DNA of 64,000 nucleotides from an uncultured Arcobacter sp. (lineage in GTDB: Bacteria; Campylobacterota; Campylobacteria; Campylobacterales; Arcobacteraceae), in assembly GCA_965140705.1 (NCBI GenBank), contig OZ223302.1, positions 96,001 through 160,000 on the forward strand, in the 5' to 3' direction. Below are positions 47,187 to 59,303 of the stretch, in pieces (positions within the stretch are counted from its first letter, which is position 1; the number at the start of each line of letters is the position of its first letter). The notes under the pieces were generated by a model. The model searched no databases and was not told the DNA's origin. It was given only the letters and a program-made list of their open reading frames with translations. The position numbers were made by a program, and so were the translations under genes.

Positions 47187-47931
47187 CAAATTTCCTATAA
47201 TAATCTTGATATGTTTGAAACAATTTTTGTTTAAATTCATTATTATCTATTTGATATTTTTCATTTAATATATTAACTTTAAATTCATCAATAAAATCCA
47301 CTACTTCACCTAGTGTCGTTTGATAAATTTTTTTAGGCTCAATATATAATTCAATTATTTCTTCATTTTCTAAAATTGATAAAAATTCTTCAACTATATC
47401 TTGTACATAAACATATTCCATTCCGATATTTCTATCATAAATAGTAATTTCCAAATCATTAATGCTATTATATATCCAAGTACTAATAACAGAATTATAA
47501 TTAGGTTTACAGTCTTCACCAAAAACATGAGGAAGTATATAAATACAACAATTAATATTATGATCCTTACTATAAGCTTCTATTAATAATTCTGATTTTC
47601 TTTTCGTTTTTCCATATTCATTTTTTAATAATTTTGCGTGAATGCTTGATGCCATTAAAATAGGAATAACTTTATTTTGTTTTTTAATGATTTTTAAAAT
47701 AAATTCTGTTAATAAAATATTTGAGTTTTTGAATTCATCTTCTGTACTATTTGGTCTAACCTCAGCAGCAAGATGAAAAATAAAATCACTTTTTAATATA
47801 CATTCTTCTAAAAAACTCTCAGAATCAGTTCTATTAAATTCTAGTATATTAAGATTACTACAAAGAGTAAGTTTTTTTAATAAGTTTTTACCAATAAATC
47901 CTTTTGAACCAGTTACTAAAATATTATTCAT
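47176..47931 (-). CDS. SDR resembling the reductase domain of CapF/WbjC (no C-terminal cupin)
   Basis: TGSKGFIGKNL, FIFHLA..RP, YGKTK, VFGEDCKPNYNSVISTW. Confidence 0.75.
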   Translation of the reverse strand: MNNILVTGSKGFIGKNLLKKLTLCSNLNILEFNRTDSESFLEECILKSDFIFHLAAEVRPNSTEDEFKNSNILLTEFILKIIKKQNKVIPILMASSIHAKLLKNEYGKTKRKSELLIEAYSKDHNINCCIYILPHVFGEDCKPNYNSVISTWIYNSINDLEITIYDRNIGMEYVYVQDIVEEFLSILENEEIIELYIEPKKIYQTTLGEVVDFIDEFKVNILNEKYQIDNNEFKQKLFQTYQDYYRKFDGK

Positions 47932-48499
47932 AATAATTCTTTTCATATTCAAATAAATTATTTATTTCATTTAATTTTGGTTGGATTATGTCTTTAGGAG
48001 ATAGATTTAATTCTTCATTTTTTAGTATCCAATCTATATTTATATTTTCATCATTAAATGCAATTCCTCTATCAGATGCTGGATTATAATAATTATCTAC
48101 TTTATAACTAAAAATTGTATCGTCTTCAAGTACTACAAACCCATGAGCAAATCCTCTTGGTACAAGCATCTGTTTTTTATTTTCTGCACTCAATTCAACA
48201 GCAACATATTGTCCAAAAGTTGGAGAGTTTTTTCTAATATCTACTGCAACATCTAAAACTCGGCCTGTGATTACTCGTACAAGTTTTGTTTGAGCATAAG
48301 GAGGAAGTTGATAATGAAGTCCTCTTAAAACACCTCTTGATGATTTAGATTCATTATCTTGACAGAAGTTTATCTTATATTCTAAAAATGCTTCTAACTT
48401 ATCAGTACGGAATGTTTCTACAAAGTAGCCCCTATTATCACCATGTATTTTTGGTTCAATCACAATTACATCAGAAATATCAGTTCTTTTAAACTCCAT
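47924..48499 (-). CDS. rmlC: dTDP-4-dehydrorhamnose 3,5-epimerase
   Basis: [29 protein letters not shown]. Confidence 0.96.
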   Translation of the reverse strand: MEFKRTDISDVIVIEPKIHGDNRGYFVETFRTDKLEAFLEYKINFCQDNESKSSRGVLRGLHYQLPPYAQTKLVRVITGRVLDVAVDIRKNSPTFGQYVAVELSAENKKQMLVPRGFAHGFVVLEDDTIFSYKVDNYYNPASDRGIAFNDENINIDWILKNEELNLSPKDIIQPKLNEINNLFEYEKNYYE

Positions 48500-49382
48500 A
48501 TAACTTACCTTGATTTGCTCTTCTAATTAAATATTGCCCATATTGATTTTTACTCAAAGGAAGTGCAAGTTCTAAAAGTTTTTCTTTAGAAATATATCCC
48601 ATTTCATAAGCTATTTCTTCAAGACAAGCAACTTTTAATGACTGTCTATTCTCTATTGTTTGTATAAACTGGCTAGCTTCTAATAAACTCTCGTGCGTTC
48701 CAGTATCAAGCCAAGCATATCCTCTACCAATTAATTCTACTTTTATTCGTGATTCCTTTAAATAATCTTGATTTAAAGTTGTAATTTCTAATTCACCTCT
48801 ATCACTTGGTTTTACATTTTTAGCTTTTTTTACAACATCTGATGGATAAAAATACAATCCTACAACTGCATAGTTTGATTTTGGTTTTTTAGGTTTTTCC
48901 TCTATAGAAATAACATTACCTAATTCATCAAATTGTGCGACTCCATATCTTTCTGGATCTTTAACATAGTAACCAAATATAGTCGCTTTATTTTCTTCTT
49001 TTACATTTTTTACACTTTGTGCAAGGAGTTTAGTTAATCCATGGCCGTAAAAGATATTATCACCGAGAATCAAACACACATCATCACCATTTAAAAACTC
49101 TTCACCTAAAATAAAAGCTTGTGCTAATCCATCTGGACTTGGTTGAATCACATATTCTAATTTCATCCCAAGATCATGCCCATCTCCCAATAAATTCTTA
49201 AAATTAGATTGATCTTCAGGAGTTGTGATAATAAGTACCTCTTTTATTCCTGCTAACATTAAAACAGATAGAGGGTAGTATATCATTGGTTTATCATAAA
49301 TTGCTACAAGTTGTTTAGATACACCTTTTGTGATAGGGTATAGTCTTGTTCCTGATCCACCTGCTAAAATTATACCTTTCAT
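48489..49382 (-). CDS. rmlA: Glucose-1-phosphate thymidylyltransferase
   Basis: [29 protein letters not shown]. Confidence 0.97.
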   Translation of the reverse strand: MKGIILAGGSGTRLYPITKGVSKQLVAIYDKPMIYYPLSVLMLAGIKEVLIITTPEDQSNFKNLLGDGHDLGMKLEYVIQPSPDGLAQAFILGEEFLNGDDVCLILGDNIFYGHGLTKLLAQSVKNVKEENKATIFGYYVKDPERYGVAQFDELGNVISIEEKPKKPKSNYAVVGLYFYPSDVVKKAKNVKPSDRGELEITTLNQDYLKESRIKVELIGRGYAWLDTGTHESLLEASQFIQTIENRQSLKVACLEEIAYEMGYISKEKLLELALPLSKNQYGQYLIRRANQGKLYGV

Positions 49383-50365
49383 TTTTCTTTTCCTTCAAAT
49401 AAGTTATAAAACCAGTTTTTAAAAGTATACTGTTCTATATTTGCATCATTACAAAAAGACTTCTTAAAAAAATTTAAATTTAAATTCAAATCATTTCTGT
49501 GAAGTATTGTAATATTTTCTTCATTATAGAATGGTTCATTAATAATATTTTTATTTGTTGTAATAAGCTTCAAGCCTGAACCAAGTGATTCAAAAGTTCT
49601 CATAGTTAAGCCATTTTGAATATTTAATTCTATATCTAAAATAGAAAAAGAGTGACTATATACATTGAGAATTTCTTTAATTCCCACAGTATATGTTTTA
49701 AAATATTTCATATCATTAACTTTTATAATTCCTAAACAAAACAATCTAAATAATCCCATTTTGGTTATATATAAATGATATTTAAATTCTAACTTATTAA
49801 GAATACAAAACTTTTCAACAAATTTAATGATTTTTAATCTATCACTATGATAAGCACCAAAAAAAGATATATCATATATCTTTTCAGATTTATTATATTT
49901 TAGATTTTCATATTCTTTAGAATAGTACAAAGGTAAATAACCAATATCAAAATTATAAGCATCATTTTTATCAAAAGTTTTGACAATATCAAAATATTGT
50001 ATAATATCTTGATATTGACTTTGTTTATTAGAATCCCACTGATACATAATAAATTTTGCATATGGAAGTTTTTGCTTCAATTTATCCATAATAAAGGGAG
50101 ATAAGATACCACCTCTTATAACAAATACAAAATCATATAAATCCTGAGTAATATTATGTAACATTTTATCAACATATTTTTGCTTTAAATATTTTGCAAA
50201 TAAAGGTAATATTCTATTTGATATTCTATATAATGGTGTGTAAATATCTTCTAAGTAAAATGTAACTTTTGCATTTTTTGATTCCATGAAATCTACAATC
50301 TGCTGGTGGTAATTATAAAAAACTGGTGCTATAAAAAGTACTCTTTTATTTGATAGCTCTATCAA
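49379..50365 (-). CDS. Putative glycosyltransferase (polysaccharide biosynthesis protein)
   Basis: [31 protein letters not shown] resemble a GT-B C-terminal domain, and the gene lies inside the polysaccharide locus. Confidence 0.6.
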   Translation of the reverse strand: MIELSNKRVLFIAPVFYNYHQQIVDFMESKNAKVTFYLEDIYTPLYRISNRILPLFAKYLKQKYVDKMLHNITQDLYDFVFVIRGGILSPFIMDKLKQKLPYAKFIMYQWDSNKQSQYQDIIQYFDIVKTFDKNDAYNFDIGYLPLYYSKEYENLKYNKSEKIYDISFFGAYHSDRLKIIKFVEKFCILNKLEFKYHLYITKMGLFRLFCLGIIKVNDMKYFKTYTVGIKEILNVYSHSFSILDIELNIQNGLTMRTFESLGSGLKLITTNKNIINEPFYNEENITILHRNDLNLNLNFFKKSFCNDANIEQYTFKNWFYNLFEGKEK

Positions 50366-50389
50366 CTAAATAGGTCCATATTTAATTTT

Positions 50390-51007
50390 TTAACATTCAT
50401 CTAAAAACTTACCTTTATCATTTGTTTTTCTCCAAATATGAGCTTTTTCATCATATCTCTTAATAATTTTTGCTGGTGAACCAATTGCCACACAGTAATT
50501 AGGTATATCTTTATTAACAAATGAATTTGTTCCGATAACACAATTTGTACCAATTTTTGCACCAACTATTGAAACATTTTCTCCAATCCAACTGTTATCC
50601 CCTATAATAACTTCACTCTTAAATTGAATAGGCTGATTTTTAATTGGTTTTTTTATCTCTTCATAAGAATGAATATTATCAGATATATAGACTTTATCTG
50701 CTATTAAAACATCTTTCCCAATAACAACTTTTCTTAACGCTACAATATGAGCAAATCGACCTATTGTTGCCCCTTCAGAAATATGTAAATTAGGTTCAAT
50801 ATTATCTTGCTTATACGCTAATAACCAAGACTTAGTGCCTATACTTACTCTATTTTCAATATATATATACTCTTCACCTTCAATAATATCTGGAGATATT
50901 ATTGAAACCTTTTCACCATAGTATTTAAATTGGCTTGCAAATAACAATCTAAATATTTGCCTTGATATATAAGTATAAGCCCTTTTATATAAATTATATT
51001 TAATCAT
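50390..51007 (-). CDS. Hexapeptide-repeat (LbH) O-acyltransferase
   Basis: [34 protein letters not shown]. Confidence 0.88.
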   Translation of the reverse strand: MIKYNLYKRAYTYISRQIFRLLFASQFKYYGEKVSIISPDIIEGEEYIYIENRVSIGTKSWLLAYKQDNIEPNLHISEGATIGRFAHIVALRKVVIGKDVLIADKVYISDNIHSYEEIKKPIKNQPIQFKSEVIIGDNSWIGENVSIVGAKIGTNCVIGTNSFVNKDIPNYCVAIGSPAKIIKRYDEKAHIWRKTNDKGKFLDEC

Positions 51008-51671
51008 TATCTTTTTTTTCTACTTCATTTAATTTTACAAGCGTCTCTTCTGGATTTTTAAAAAATTGAGATAGTTTTTTTAATTTTACATCATCAAATG
51101 TCCACCACATAGAAGCTTTAAGTTTTTCTCTAATTTCTTTTTTAAATCTGTATTTAATATGTTTAGCAGGAATTCCTCCAACAATACTATATGGCTCAAC
51201 ATCTTTTGTTACAACGGCACCCGCACCAATAACCGCCCCTACTCCAATAGTTACACCTGATTTAATCATTACATTTTGTCCTATCCACACATCAGATTCA
51301 ATATAAGTTGTTAGCAATATATTTTCAAATTCTTTTTGCTCAGTAAAAAAAAATGGTAGAGGTTGAGTATTATCATAAAAAATAGGACATGTACTTACCA
51401 TATGGGTAGGATGTGCCGCTAAACCTATAGTAACATTACTTGCTATAGAACAAAATTTCCCAATATTAGCATATAATACTACACTATTAGATTGAATATA
51501 AGTATATGCACCAACACTTGTATTTTGTAATACAACATCCGAAAATAGAACTGTATTTTTACTAATTATACTGTTTCTATCTATATTTACCCCATTATAA
51601 ATTTTACTTTTGGGAAACTTTCTTTGTAAAACAAATTTTTTAATAACCTTTTTACAAATATTAAATATCAC
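51000..51671 (-). CDS. CatB/Vat-like hexapeptide-repeat O-acetyltransferase
   Basis: [39 protein letters not shown]. Confidence 0.88.
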   Translation of the reverse strand: MIFNICKKVIKKFVLQRKFPKSKIYNGVNIDRNSIISKNTVLFSDVVLQNTSVGAYTYIQSNSVVLYANIGKFCSIASNVTIGLAAHPTHMVSTCPIFYDNTQPLPFFFTEQKEFENILLTTYIESDVWIGQNVMIKSGVTIGVGAVIGAGAVVTKDVEPYSIVGGIPAKHIKYRFKKEIREKLKASMWWTFDDVKLKKLSQFFKNPEETLVKLNEVEKKDND

Positions 51672-53475
51672 TATGAATCCTTTTATTTAAAATACTATAA
51701 ATAAAATCAATATTTCTACTTAAATTATTTCCATCTAAAGGTCCTATATATTGTTCCATAACCTTTTTATTTAAAAATGATTCATATCTTGAATGTTTAC
51801 TTTTAAAATCGTAATAAGCTTGAATCATTTCTTCAATTTTTGTTATTATAACTAATTCAGAATTATTATCAAAAGGTGCATTTAAAATTTCTGTATCATT
51901 TTTATAATAAACTACTGGTATACCAAGGCATGATGCTTCAAAAAGTGTTTGAGAACAAATAGATATATAAAAATCTGTTTTTTTAAGTACATCTATCATA
52001 GGAGTTGTTATTATATACTCTACTTCTAAATCTTGAAAATAATCTTTTACAAACTCTTTGTATTGTTCTAGATATCCATTTGGTCGTACTTTTATAACAA
52101 TTCTACATTCTTCACCATTTGCTTTTAATATACTAAATGCTTGTAAAATATCATACATAAAATCAAATTCAACTGCAACATAAGAGTTTAAATCTGTAGG
52201 ATTAAAACCTGAAGTACCAATTGTAACTGTTGGGTTATCTCTATTTATTTTTTTTTGTTTTAAATCAGCATACATATCCATTCTAGGATCACCAAGAGCT
52301 ACAATATTATCCATATCTTTAAAATAATTTTCTTTAATACTTTTAGAATAAGCATTTATATAGGTAGCATATTTTGCTTCATCTTGATAATTATTTAATA
52401 ACAATCCATTAACTATCAAATAACTAGGTATTTTCCTACTTTGACAGGCTAAATCAAATAATGTAGAAGTATGTCCTATATTTGCAATTAATATAACTAA
52501 ATTTAAACTATTATTATCTAAATATTTAATACAACTATCTAAAGTTCTTAGTTTTGATGTTATTCTTTCTGAAATATTTTTAATTATAATCTTATATATA
52601 AAATCAGTAATATCACTATTATCAGATAAGACTAATTTATAAAACTTGTTTCTATCAAATTCTTTTAATAAACTAGCCCCTATATTTTCATATTTTTTTA
52701 AGTTTCCAGTTATTGGTAATAATCGTTCTTTCATATTATCTCTTTTATTAGAGAAACGAGAAAAATTTTCTAATATAACTACAAATTTATTATCATTTCT
52801 AAGCAATTGTATGATTTTTCTTGTAGGATGATATTCTTGAATAAAAACCCTAAATTTTGATTCCGAACTAAACAGTTTATCAAAAAAAATCATTCCTGTT
52901 CCATAATAATAAGAAACTTTTTCACGAACTTTATATAAAAATCCCTTCACACCTTTTGGTTTAATTTTACTATTTAACCATTTTGTAATCGGAAAATAAT
53001 ATCCACTTGAACTATCAATAGCCACATAATTAATAGTTTCATAATCAATTCCCAAATTATTTAAAATATCAATAATAGTTTTATCTAGAGTTCCTACATA
53101 TAGCTTTTTAAAGCTATATGAGAAAACTTTTTTAAGTGACAAATAAATCCTTATAAAAGAAACAAAATCATTCCAAAACTCCAAACGAAAAGAAAAACCA
53201 AAAGAAACATCTTTAAAAGTAAAAATATCATTTCCATCTTTATCATAATGCCAATCTTTAAAAAATTTGTATATAAGGTAGTTATTATCTTCCATTGTCT
53301 TAACTCCTACTATATGATCCAAATATTCAGCATTACCTCCCAAATCTATTATATACTTTTTTAATGCAAAGTCATAAGTTAAAAATAAATCATTTTTTAT
53401 GTCAAAAATAACTTTATAACTCTCAAATAATGCCTTTGAATCTATAATAAATATATTCTCATAATTTTCTTTCAT
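51661..53475 (-). CDS. Hypothetical protein, putative nonulosonate/glycosyltransferase
   Basis: C-terminal [27 protein letters not shown] resemble a GT-B fold. Immediately downstream of wzx. Confidence 0.55.
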   Translation of the reverse strand: MKENYENIFIIDSKALFESYKVIFDIKNDLFLTYDFALKKYIIDLGGNAEYLDHIVGVKTMEDNNYLIYKFFKDWHYDKDGNDIFTFKDVSFGFSFRLEFWNDFVSFIRIYLSLKKVFSYSFKKLYVGTLDKTIIDILNNLGIDYETINYVAIDSSSGYYFPITKWLNSKIKPKGVKGFLYKVREKVSYYYGTGMIFFDKLFSSESKFRVFIQEYHPTRKIIQLLRNDNKFVVILENFSRFSNKRDNMKERLLPITGNLKKYENIGASLLKEFDRNKFYKLVLSDNSDITDFIYKIIIKNISERITSKLRTLDSCIKYLDNNSLNLVILIANIGHTSTLFDLACQSRKIPSYLIVNGLLLNNYQDEAKYATYINAYSKSIKENYFKDMDNIVALGDPRMDMYADLKQKKINRDNPTVTIGTSGFNPTDLNSYVAVEFDFMYDILQAFSILKANGEECRIVIKVRPNGYLEQYKEFVKDYFQDLEVEYIITTPMIDVLKKTDFYISICSQTLFEASCLGIPVVYYKNDTEILNAPFDNNSELVIITKIEEMIQAYYDFKSKHSRYESFLNKKVMEQYIGPLDGNNLSRNIDFIYSILNKRIHSDI

Positions 53476-54959
53476 TTTCTTTTCCTCAATATAAACTGAT
53501 TTAATTCACTTTTTGTAATAGAAATAATCTGAGGGAAAAAATAAATAAAAATGCATGAAAATAGAGTATATAAAATACCACAAACTAAAAAATCATAAAG
53601 AATATTATTAAAATTAATAAATAATGAACTAAAATATGCAATCATTGAAAATACCACAATTGTATAAAATTGATGATAAATAAAAGATAACATCTTTATA
53701 TTTAATGCTTTAGTATTAAAATAAAGTTGGATGTTTACTCCAATAACTTGAGCTAATATCATTTTTATACCAAAACCTAGTGCTCCTAATTCCCAATAAT
53801 ATATAAATAAATAACTAAAGACTAATCCAATCAAAGAAGAAACCAAACCTATATCACGATATAACTTTGTTGTTCCATTGGCAAAAAATAAAGAACCACT
53901 AAGTTGACCATAAGTTTGATGGATAGGGTAAAAAGCCATAATTGTCAACACAAATAGTGCATCTTTAAATTTTTCATCAGTAAATATAATTAAAAGATTT
54001 TCTGCTTGAAATGCTATAAAAACACTAAAATATGTAGCTATCGCATAAAGCATCGGAATATATCTTTTAAATAAACTTCTTACCTTGTCAATATCATTTT
54101 CTTCAAACGACTTAGAAAATTCTCTTGTAATAATTGGTGTCATCGCACTAGTGAAAAGAAAACACATAGCAGCAATAGAATATGCTATTCCATAAAATCC
54201 AGTTTGTATAGACCCACTAATACTTTGCAAAAGCCACAAATCAAATAAACTTATTGCTATAGCAACAACATTGAAGATAAATAAAGGGGAACTAAAGAGA
54301 AAAAACTCTTTTGAAATATTCTTATATTCAATTTTAAAATCTAAGACTTGTTTGCACAAGATAGATCTTTTAACAAATAGAATAGAAATAATCATTAAAA
54401 AAGAGATTAATGAAATAAATTGAAAATAAAAATAAATATTCAAATCAAACGACAAAAAATTTATCATATATAAAAGTAAAAATAAAGCTAATATTTTATG
54501 GAAAATTTTTGTCAGTTCAACAGAAACAGTTAAGGCATAAGCATCAGATATTTTTATATAAACTTGAGTAACCCAGGAAAAGAAACCAAATAAAGCACCA
54601 AAAAAAACATATTTATTTGGTATATCAGGCAATAAAAAATTAATATAATTAAACAAACCAGCCAAATATAAAAATATGAATAAAGAGATGAATAAAATAA
54701 TTGAAAATATAAAATAAAAAGTAATCAGATATTTTCTAGTTGAATTAGCTGATAACTTTGTAAAAAAAGCCATGGAAGTTCCTGCATCTAAAAATGCAAT
54801 AAATTGTGTAAAAAACTGCTGTAAATAACTAAATTGACCAAAAGCAACAGGGCCTAATGCTTTTGGAACAATTGCTATCAATACTATATTAATAAGTCCA
54901 TTTATGATATTAGACAATAACTTGATAATATATCTTTTTTTTAGACTAGCTTCCATCAA
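53472..54959 (-). CDS. wzx: Polysaccharide flippase (Wzx)
   Basis: 12-14 TM helices, VPKALGPVAFG, TGFYGIA. Confidence 0.85.
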   Translation of the reverse strand: MMEASLKKRYIIKLLSNIINGLINIVLIAIVPKALGPVAFGQFSYLQQFFTQFIAFLDAGTSMAFFTKLSANSTRKYLITFYFIFSIILFISLFIFLYLAGLFNYINFLLPDIPNKYVFFGALFGFFSWVTQVYIKISDAYALTVSVELTKIFHKILALFLLLYMINFLSFDLNIYFYFQFISLISFLMIISILFVKRSILCKQVLDFKIEYKNISKEFFLFSSPLFIFNVVAIAISLFDLWLLQSISGSIQTGFYGIAYSIAAMCFLFTSAMTPIITREFSKSFEENDIDKVRSLFKRYIPMLYAIATYFSVFIAFQAENLLIIFTDEKFKDALFVLTIMAFYPIHQTYGQLSGSLFFANGTTKLYRDIGLVSSLIGLVFSYLFIYYWELGALGFGIKMILAQVIGVNIQLYFNTKALNIKMLSFIYHQFYTIVVFSMIAYFSSLFINFNNILYDFLVCGILYTLFSCIFIYFFPQIISITKSELNQFILRKRK

Positions 54960-54966
54960 CTATTAT

Positions 54967-56751
54967 TTATATACACTTCGAAATTAATACATGATTTAAA
55001 ATCAAATGCTTTAAGCCAGAATTTTCAAATACATGTATAGCATCATCAATATCATTTACAACAGGTAAACCATGTAAGTTATAACTGGTATTTAGCAATG
55101 AACCTATTCCTGTGATTTTAGAAAATTCTTCTATTAAATCATAATACTCTTCATTTTGTTCTTTCGTTAAAATTTGAGGTCTTATGGTCTCATCATAGGG
55201 ATGAGTACCTGCTTTTATATCATTTAAGAACTCTTTTTTTGTATCCATTGCAACAGCCATATATCGTGATTCAAAACCTTTTGGATTAACTAAATATTTA
55301 TCCACATATGTATCAAGAACAGTTGCAGCAAAAGGCATCCAAAAATCTCTTCCCTTTATAAGTTCATTAATATGTTGAATAATATTTGGGTTAGAAGGAT
55401 TTGCCAATATACTTCTATTACCTAATGCTCTTGAACCAAATTCCATTCTTCCACATACTCTAGCAACAACTTCACCTTCAGATAAAAGTTTTGCAATATA
55501 TTTATTGTCTGCTTTAAGTATATTATATTTTTTGTCCAAATTATTTTTTTGGAGATATTCATCTACTTCATTCACAATATTTTCAGTACCTAAATTTAAA
55601 TTATATAAAGGCTTATTATTTATGTTGTTTTCATAATTAGCAAAATAACATGCTCCAATACTTTGAGACTCATCGGAAGAAGAACCAGCAACAAAAATAT
55701 CATCAACAAAATCTAAATCACCCAATGCTTTGTTCGCTTTAACATTCATAGCGACTCCACCACTAAATACAAAGTTCTTAAATCCTATCTCTTTAAATGC
55801 TCTTAAAAATAATTCATTTAAAATTTTTTCAGTATAAAGCTGGACTCCTCCAGCAATATTATCAAATCTATGATATTTTAATTTTTCATTTAAAAATTCA
55901 TACAAATTAGCAGGTCTATTTTTATGTACTATTTTTAAACCATCAAATTGTAATAATTCATCAAAAATATCAGCAACTTTTTTTGAATATTTTTCTTTAG
56001 CATAAGGTGCTAATCCCATTACTTTAAATTCATGTTCAAGAGGTTTCATTCTAAGATACAAAGTCACCATTCGATAAAGTCTTGCAATTTCACATTGATT
56101 GCTGTCTGTTACTAATTCAAATTTATCATTTTCTATTTTCCATACAGTTTGGTTTTTGCCATCACCATATGCATCTACTGTTATTGCGATGGTTTTATCT
56201 TTTTTATTTGGATTTGCAAAATATCCATACATTGCATGACAAGTGTGGTGATCATAAAATTTTATTTTTTCTTTATTAATTTGCATAAAATTCGATATAT
56301 CATTAACTACAACTTCCGTAATTTTACTTTGTAATTCTTCTGGGTCTAAATTATAAAACTCATCAGGAATAGTATAAAAACTTTTTTCACCCTTAAATTT
56401 TTTTTCAAAAATTTGTTTTGCATAATCTTTTGGATAATTTTCTCCAGCTAATTTTGGTTTCCAATAATCTTCCATCATATCAATATAATCATCTATATCA
56501 AAAACTGCATCAATTGGATAATTTAAATTATTCAAATCATTTCTGGCAATAGTAGACATTGCAACAATATCAATATTCTCATTTGATAAATCATATCGTT
56601 TCATTATATATTCGACACAATTTTTAGGGAAGCCTTTTTCGTTTTTTCGTTTAGTAAATCTTTCTTCTTGAATAGCACAAACTACTTCACCATTAATTGA
56701 TAATGCAGCAGATGCATTATGGTCATCATATATACCTATTATTATCATCAT
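54967..56751 (-). CDS. Carbamoyltransferase (NodU/CmcH family)
   Basis: QEERFTKRK, DHHTCHA, FSGGVAMNVKAN, EFGSRALGNRSIL, LNTSYNLHGLP. Confidence 0.93.
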   Translation of the reverse strand: MMIIIGIYDDHNASAALSINGEVVCAIQEERFTKRKNEKGFPKNCVEYIMKRYDLSNENIDIVAMSTIARNDLNNLNYPIDAVFDIDDYIDMMEDYWKPKLAGENYPKDYAKQIFEKKFKGEKSFYTIPDEFYNLDPEELQSKITEVVVNDISNFMQINKEKIKFYDHHTCHAMYGYFANPNKKDKTIAITVDAYGDGKNQTVWKIENDKFELVTDSNQCEIARLYRMVTLYLRMKPLEHEFKVMGLAPYAKEKYSKKVADIFDELLQFDGLKIVHKNRPANLYEFLNEKLKYHRFDNIAGGVQLYTEKILNELFLRAFKEIGFKNFVFSGGVAMNVKANKALGDLDFVDDIFVAGSSSDESQSIGACYFANYENNINNKPLYNLNLGTENIVNEVDEYLQKNNLDKKYNILKADNKYIAKLLSEGEVVARVCGRMEFGSRALGNRSILANPSNPNIIQHINELIKGRDFWMPFAATVLDTYVDKYLVNPKGFESRYMAVAMDTKKEFLNDIKAGTHPYDETIRPQILTKEQNEEYYDLIEEFSKITGIGSLLNTSYNLHGLPVVNDIDDAIHVFENSGLKHLILNHVLISKCI

Positions 56752-56767
56752 TCATCCTTTGTTAAAT

Positions 56768-57537
56768 TTAATTCCAATTTGCTATATTTAAATTTTCTTC
56801 TAAAATCTTTTGTCTTGCATTTGGTAAACCATTTCCTATAAAATTAAAAAGATTTGCAGTTGCCACAGCATCAATTTTTTCTCTTTTTAACCCCTCTAGT
56901 AATGATTTTCATTGCCGGCTCCACCTGCTATAATAAGTGGTACTTTTACATTTTGAGATATTTTATCAATCGTTTCAAAATCATATCCAAAACCTGTACC
57001 ATCTTTATCTATAGAATTAAAATATATCTCTCCAATGCCTAGTTCTTCCACATACATTATATACTCATTAAGTGGCATATCTAACTTTTGCATACCATCT
57101 GATATAAAAACTGCCAGACTATTATCATTTATTTTATAATCAATATTTGCAATTACACTTTGAGAACCATACTGATTTATAATTTCTTTTACAATTTGCG
57201 GGTCAGAGTAAAGGATAGAGTTTAATACAAGCTTATCAGCGCCACTATTAAACAATAACTTTGCATCTTCAAGACTTCTAATACCACCACCGGCTGCTAT
57301 TGGTATAAATACATCATCTACAAGTTTTTCTAATACTTTTGCAAATGCTTCTAAATTCTTTTCATTTTTAGAAGCATTAAGTACTATGAGTTCATCAAGA
57401 CAAAAAGCTATCTCTTTAAACTTATAATTTCTTTCTAGCCAATTTATATCACCAACTTTCTGAAGTCTAAAATTTCTACTTTGGTTAAATTTACCATTTT
57501 CATATATGAGTGTAAATATTATTCTTTTTCTAAGCAT
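56768..57537 (-). pseudogene. HisF-like cyclase of an acetamidino-modification module (WbuZ/HisF2), frameshifted near 56900
   Basis: Frame ends GGAGNENHY-TAG. The shifted frame continues LEGLKREKIDAVATANLFNFIGNGLPNARQKILEENLNIANWN-TAA. Confidence 0.85.
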
Positions 57538-58149
57538 TTAAAACTTCTCAATAAAATTTTTAAGCAAATTAAGTCCATTGGTTTGACTAAGTTCTGGATG
57601 AAATTGTGTTCCTACAATATTGTCTTTTTCATAAGAAGCTATAAACTCTTCACCATAATGACAAATCGACTGATTTATGTCATTATTGCTTTGTATTTTG
57701 TAACTGTGAGTAAAATAAAAATCATTAATTACATGAAATCCTTCATAAATTTTAGCATTTGCATTAATCCGTACTTGATTAAATCCAACATGAGGTACTT
57801 TCAGATTTTCAATACTAAATTTTTTACATTCTGCATCTATATATTCAAGACCAATTGCTCCACCATCTTCTTCACTACTCTTACAAAGTAACTGCATACC
57901 AAGACAAATTCCAAGAATTGGTTTTTTATCATCTAATACAACTTCACCTAATATTTTATGTAGTTCCATTTTGTTAATTTGATTCATTGCTTTTACAAAA
58001 GAACCCACTCCGGGTAAAAGTAATTTATCTGCAGATTTAATATCTTCATATTTATTTGAAATCACTATTTGATTTAACCCTAAATATTTAAATGCACTGC
58101 TAACAGATTTGATATTTCCCATTCCATAATCAACAATGACTAATTTCAT
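57538..58149 (-). CDS. HisH-like glutamine amidotransferase (WbuY/HisH2)
   Basis: DYGMGN, LPGVGSF, GICLGMQ, QFHPE. Confidence 0.92.
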   Translation of the reverse strand: MKLVIVDYGMGNIKSVSSAFKYLGLNQIVISNKYEDIKSADKLLLPGVGSFVKAMNQINKMELHKILGEVVLDDKKPILGICLGMQLLCKSSEEDGGAIGLEYIDAECKKFSIENLKVPHVGFNQVRINANAKIYEGFHVINDFYFTHSYKIQSNNDINQSICHYGEEFIASYEKDNIVGTQFHPELSQTNGLNLLKNFIEKF

Positions 58150-59288
58150 ATGTTAAATTCATCTCCAACTGTAAATTTTGGTTGCCAAATACCATCAATT
58201 TTCTCAAATAAAGCTTCATTTGCATATTTGTCAAGTACTGCATCAAACTCATCTTTAGTCATTTTATAATATTCTAAATAAGTATCTATTAATTCATAAG
58301 GATAGGCATTATCATACATCTGGACAAGATTTAATGCTTGTTCTCTTGTCATAGAACCTCTTCTTATTTCAATACCGGCATCTTGAGTTGCTCTGCCAAA
58401 TCCAAATTTTAAATACATTAAATAAGCATGTAATGCATAAAGTGCTTGATCATTTTGAGCAAAATTAGTAAATGTATCATGATTACCATCATCTTTCTCT
58501 ATCAATCCACAATGCTCTTTTGCTACGACATAGTTTCTATATGAATCCCATGCTTCAAAGTATGACCAATGAGTAAATGATAATCCTACTTCTGAAATTT
58601 TATCTTCTGTTGGGAATTGAAAAAAAGCTAAATCAGCATCACTTATATCTCCATCAGCTTTGATTCTCTCAAATACTTTTTCATGTCCACCCTCTAAGTA
58701 TACTCTTTTCATATATTCTATATCGTAAAGTGCTTTATTTTTACTCTCTACTGAACCACCATATTCTATCTCACCATCTTCTCCATAAAATATTAATGGT
58801 ATTTTAAAATTAGCAGCTGTCTTTATTACAGCAGTCATTATAGCTATCAACCATCCATAATATGGAAAACCTTTTTCTATAAAACCATACTTATTAAGCC
58901 TATCTAATACTTTAGGATTGCAAGAAATATGAATATGATTAAAACCTGAATGGATAAAATTATATAAATTCTGATCACCTATTTCTAAAGCTAAAGCTGG
59001 TCTAACAGTTATAGCTAAAGGATTCATTCCATACTTATGCTTAAGAGTATATGCAACATAAGAACCATCTTTCCCCCCACTAACAGGTACTATACAATCG
59101 AAATCACCATTTTTAGAACGATTTTTATCTAACAAAGATATTAATTCTTTTTGTCTTGTCTCCCAATCAATCTTTTTTTTCTCTTCCATCCATTGACATG
59201 CATTACACCACCCTCTATTATCAAAACCTATTCTTGGTCTTGTCGACATATTTAAACAATTTTTACACCAAAATATTTTTTCACTCAT
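58146..59288 (-). CDS. N-acetyl sugar amidotransferase (WbuX/PseA family)
   Basis: CKNC..CNAC, PP-loop VSGGKDGS, YLKFGFGRATQDA. Confidence 0.92.
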   Translation of the reverse strand: MSEKIFWCKNCLNMSTRPRIGFDNRGWCNACQWMEEKKKIDWETRQKELISLLDKNRSKNGDFDCIVPVSGGKDGSYVAYTLKHKYGMNPLAITVRPALALEIGDQNLYNFIHSGFNHIHISCNPKVLDRLNKYGFIEKGFPYYGWLIAIMTAVIKTAANFKIPLIFYGEDGEIEYGGSVESKNKALYDIEYMKRVYLEGGHEKVFERIKADGDISDADLAFFQFPTEDKISEVGLSFTHWSYFEAWDSYRNYVVAKEHCGLIEKDDGNHDTFTNFAQNDQALYALHAYLMYLKFGFGRATQDAGIEIRRGSMTREQALNLVQMYDNAYPYELIDTYLEYYKMTKDEFDAVLDKYANEALFEKIDGIWQPKFTVGDEFNI

Positions 59289-59303
59289 ACTTTTATTTTC
59301 CTT

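Noticed and set aside
51000..51671. Chloramphenicol/streptogramin resistance gene
   Set aside because: It is embedded and translationally coupled in the polysaccharide operon, so a sugar O-acetyltransferase is more plausible.
25322..57891. Short plus-strand ORFs overlapping the bacterial genes, and the minus-strand ORF 30976-31317
   Set aside because: Antisense shadows of well-supported genes.
56768..58149. Histidine biosynthesis hisHF
   Set aside because: Adjacent to a WbuX-like amidotransferase, so these are the glycan amidination paralogs.
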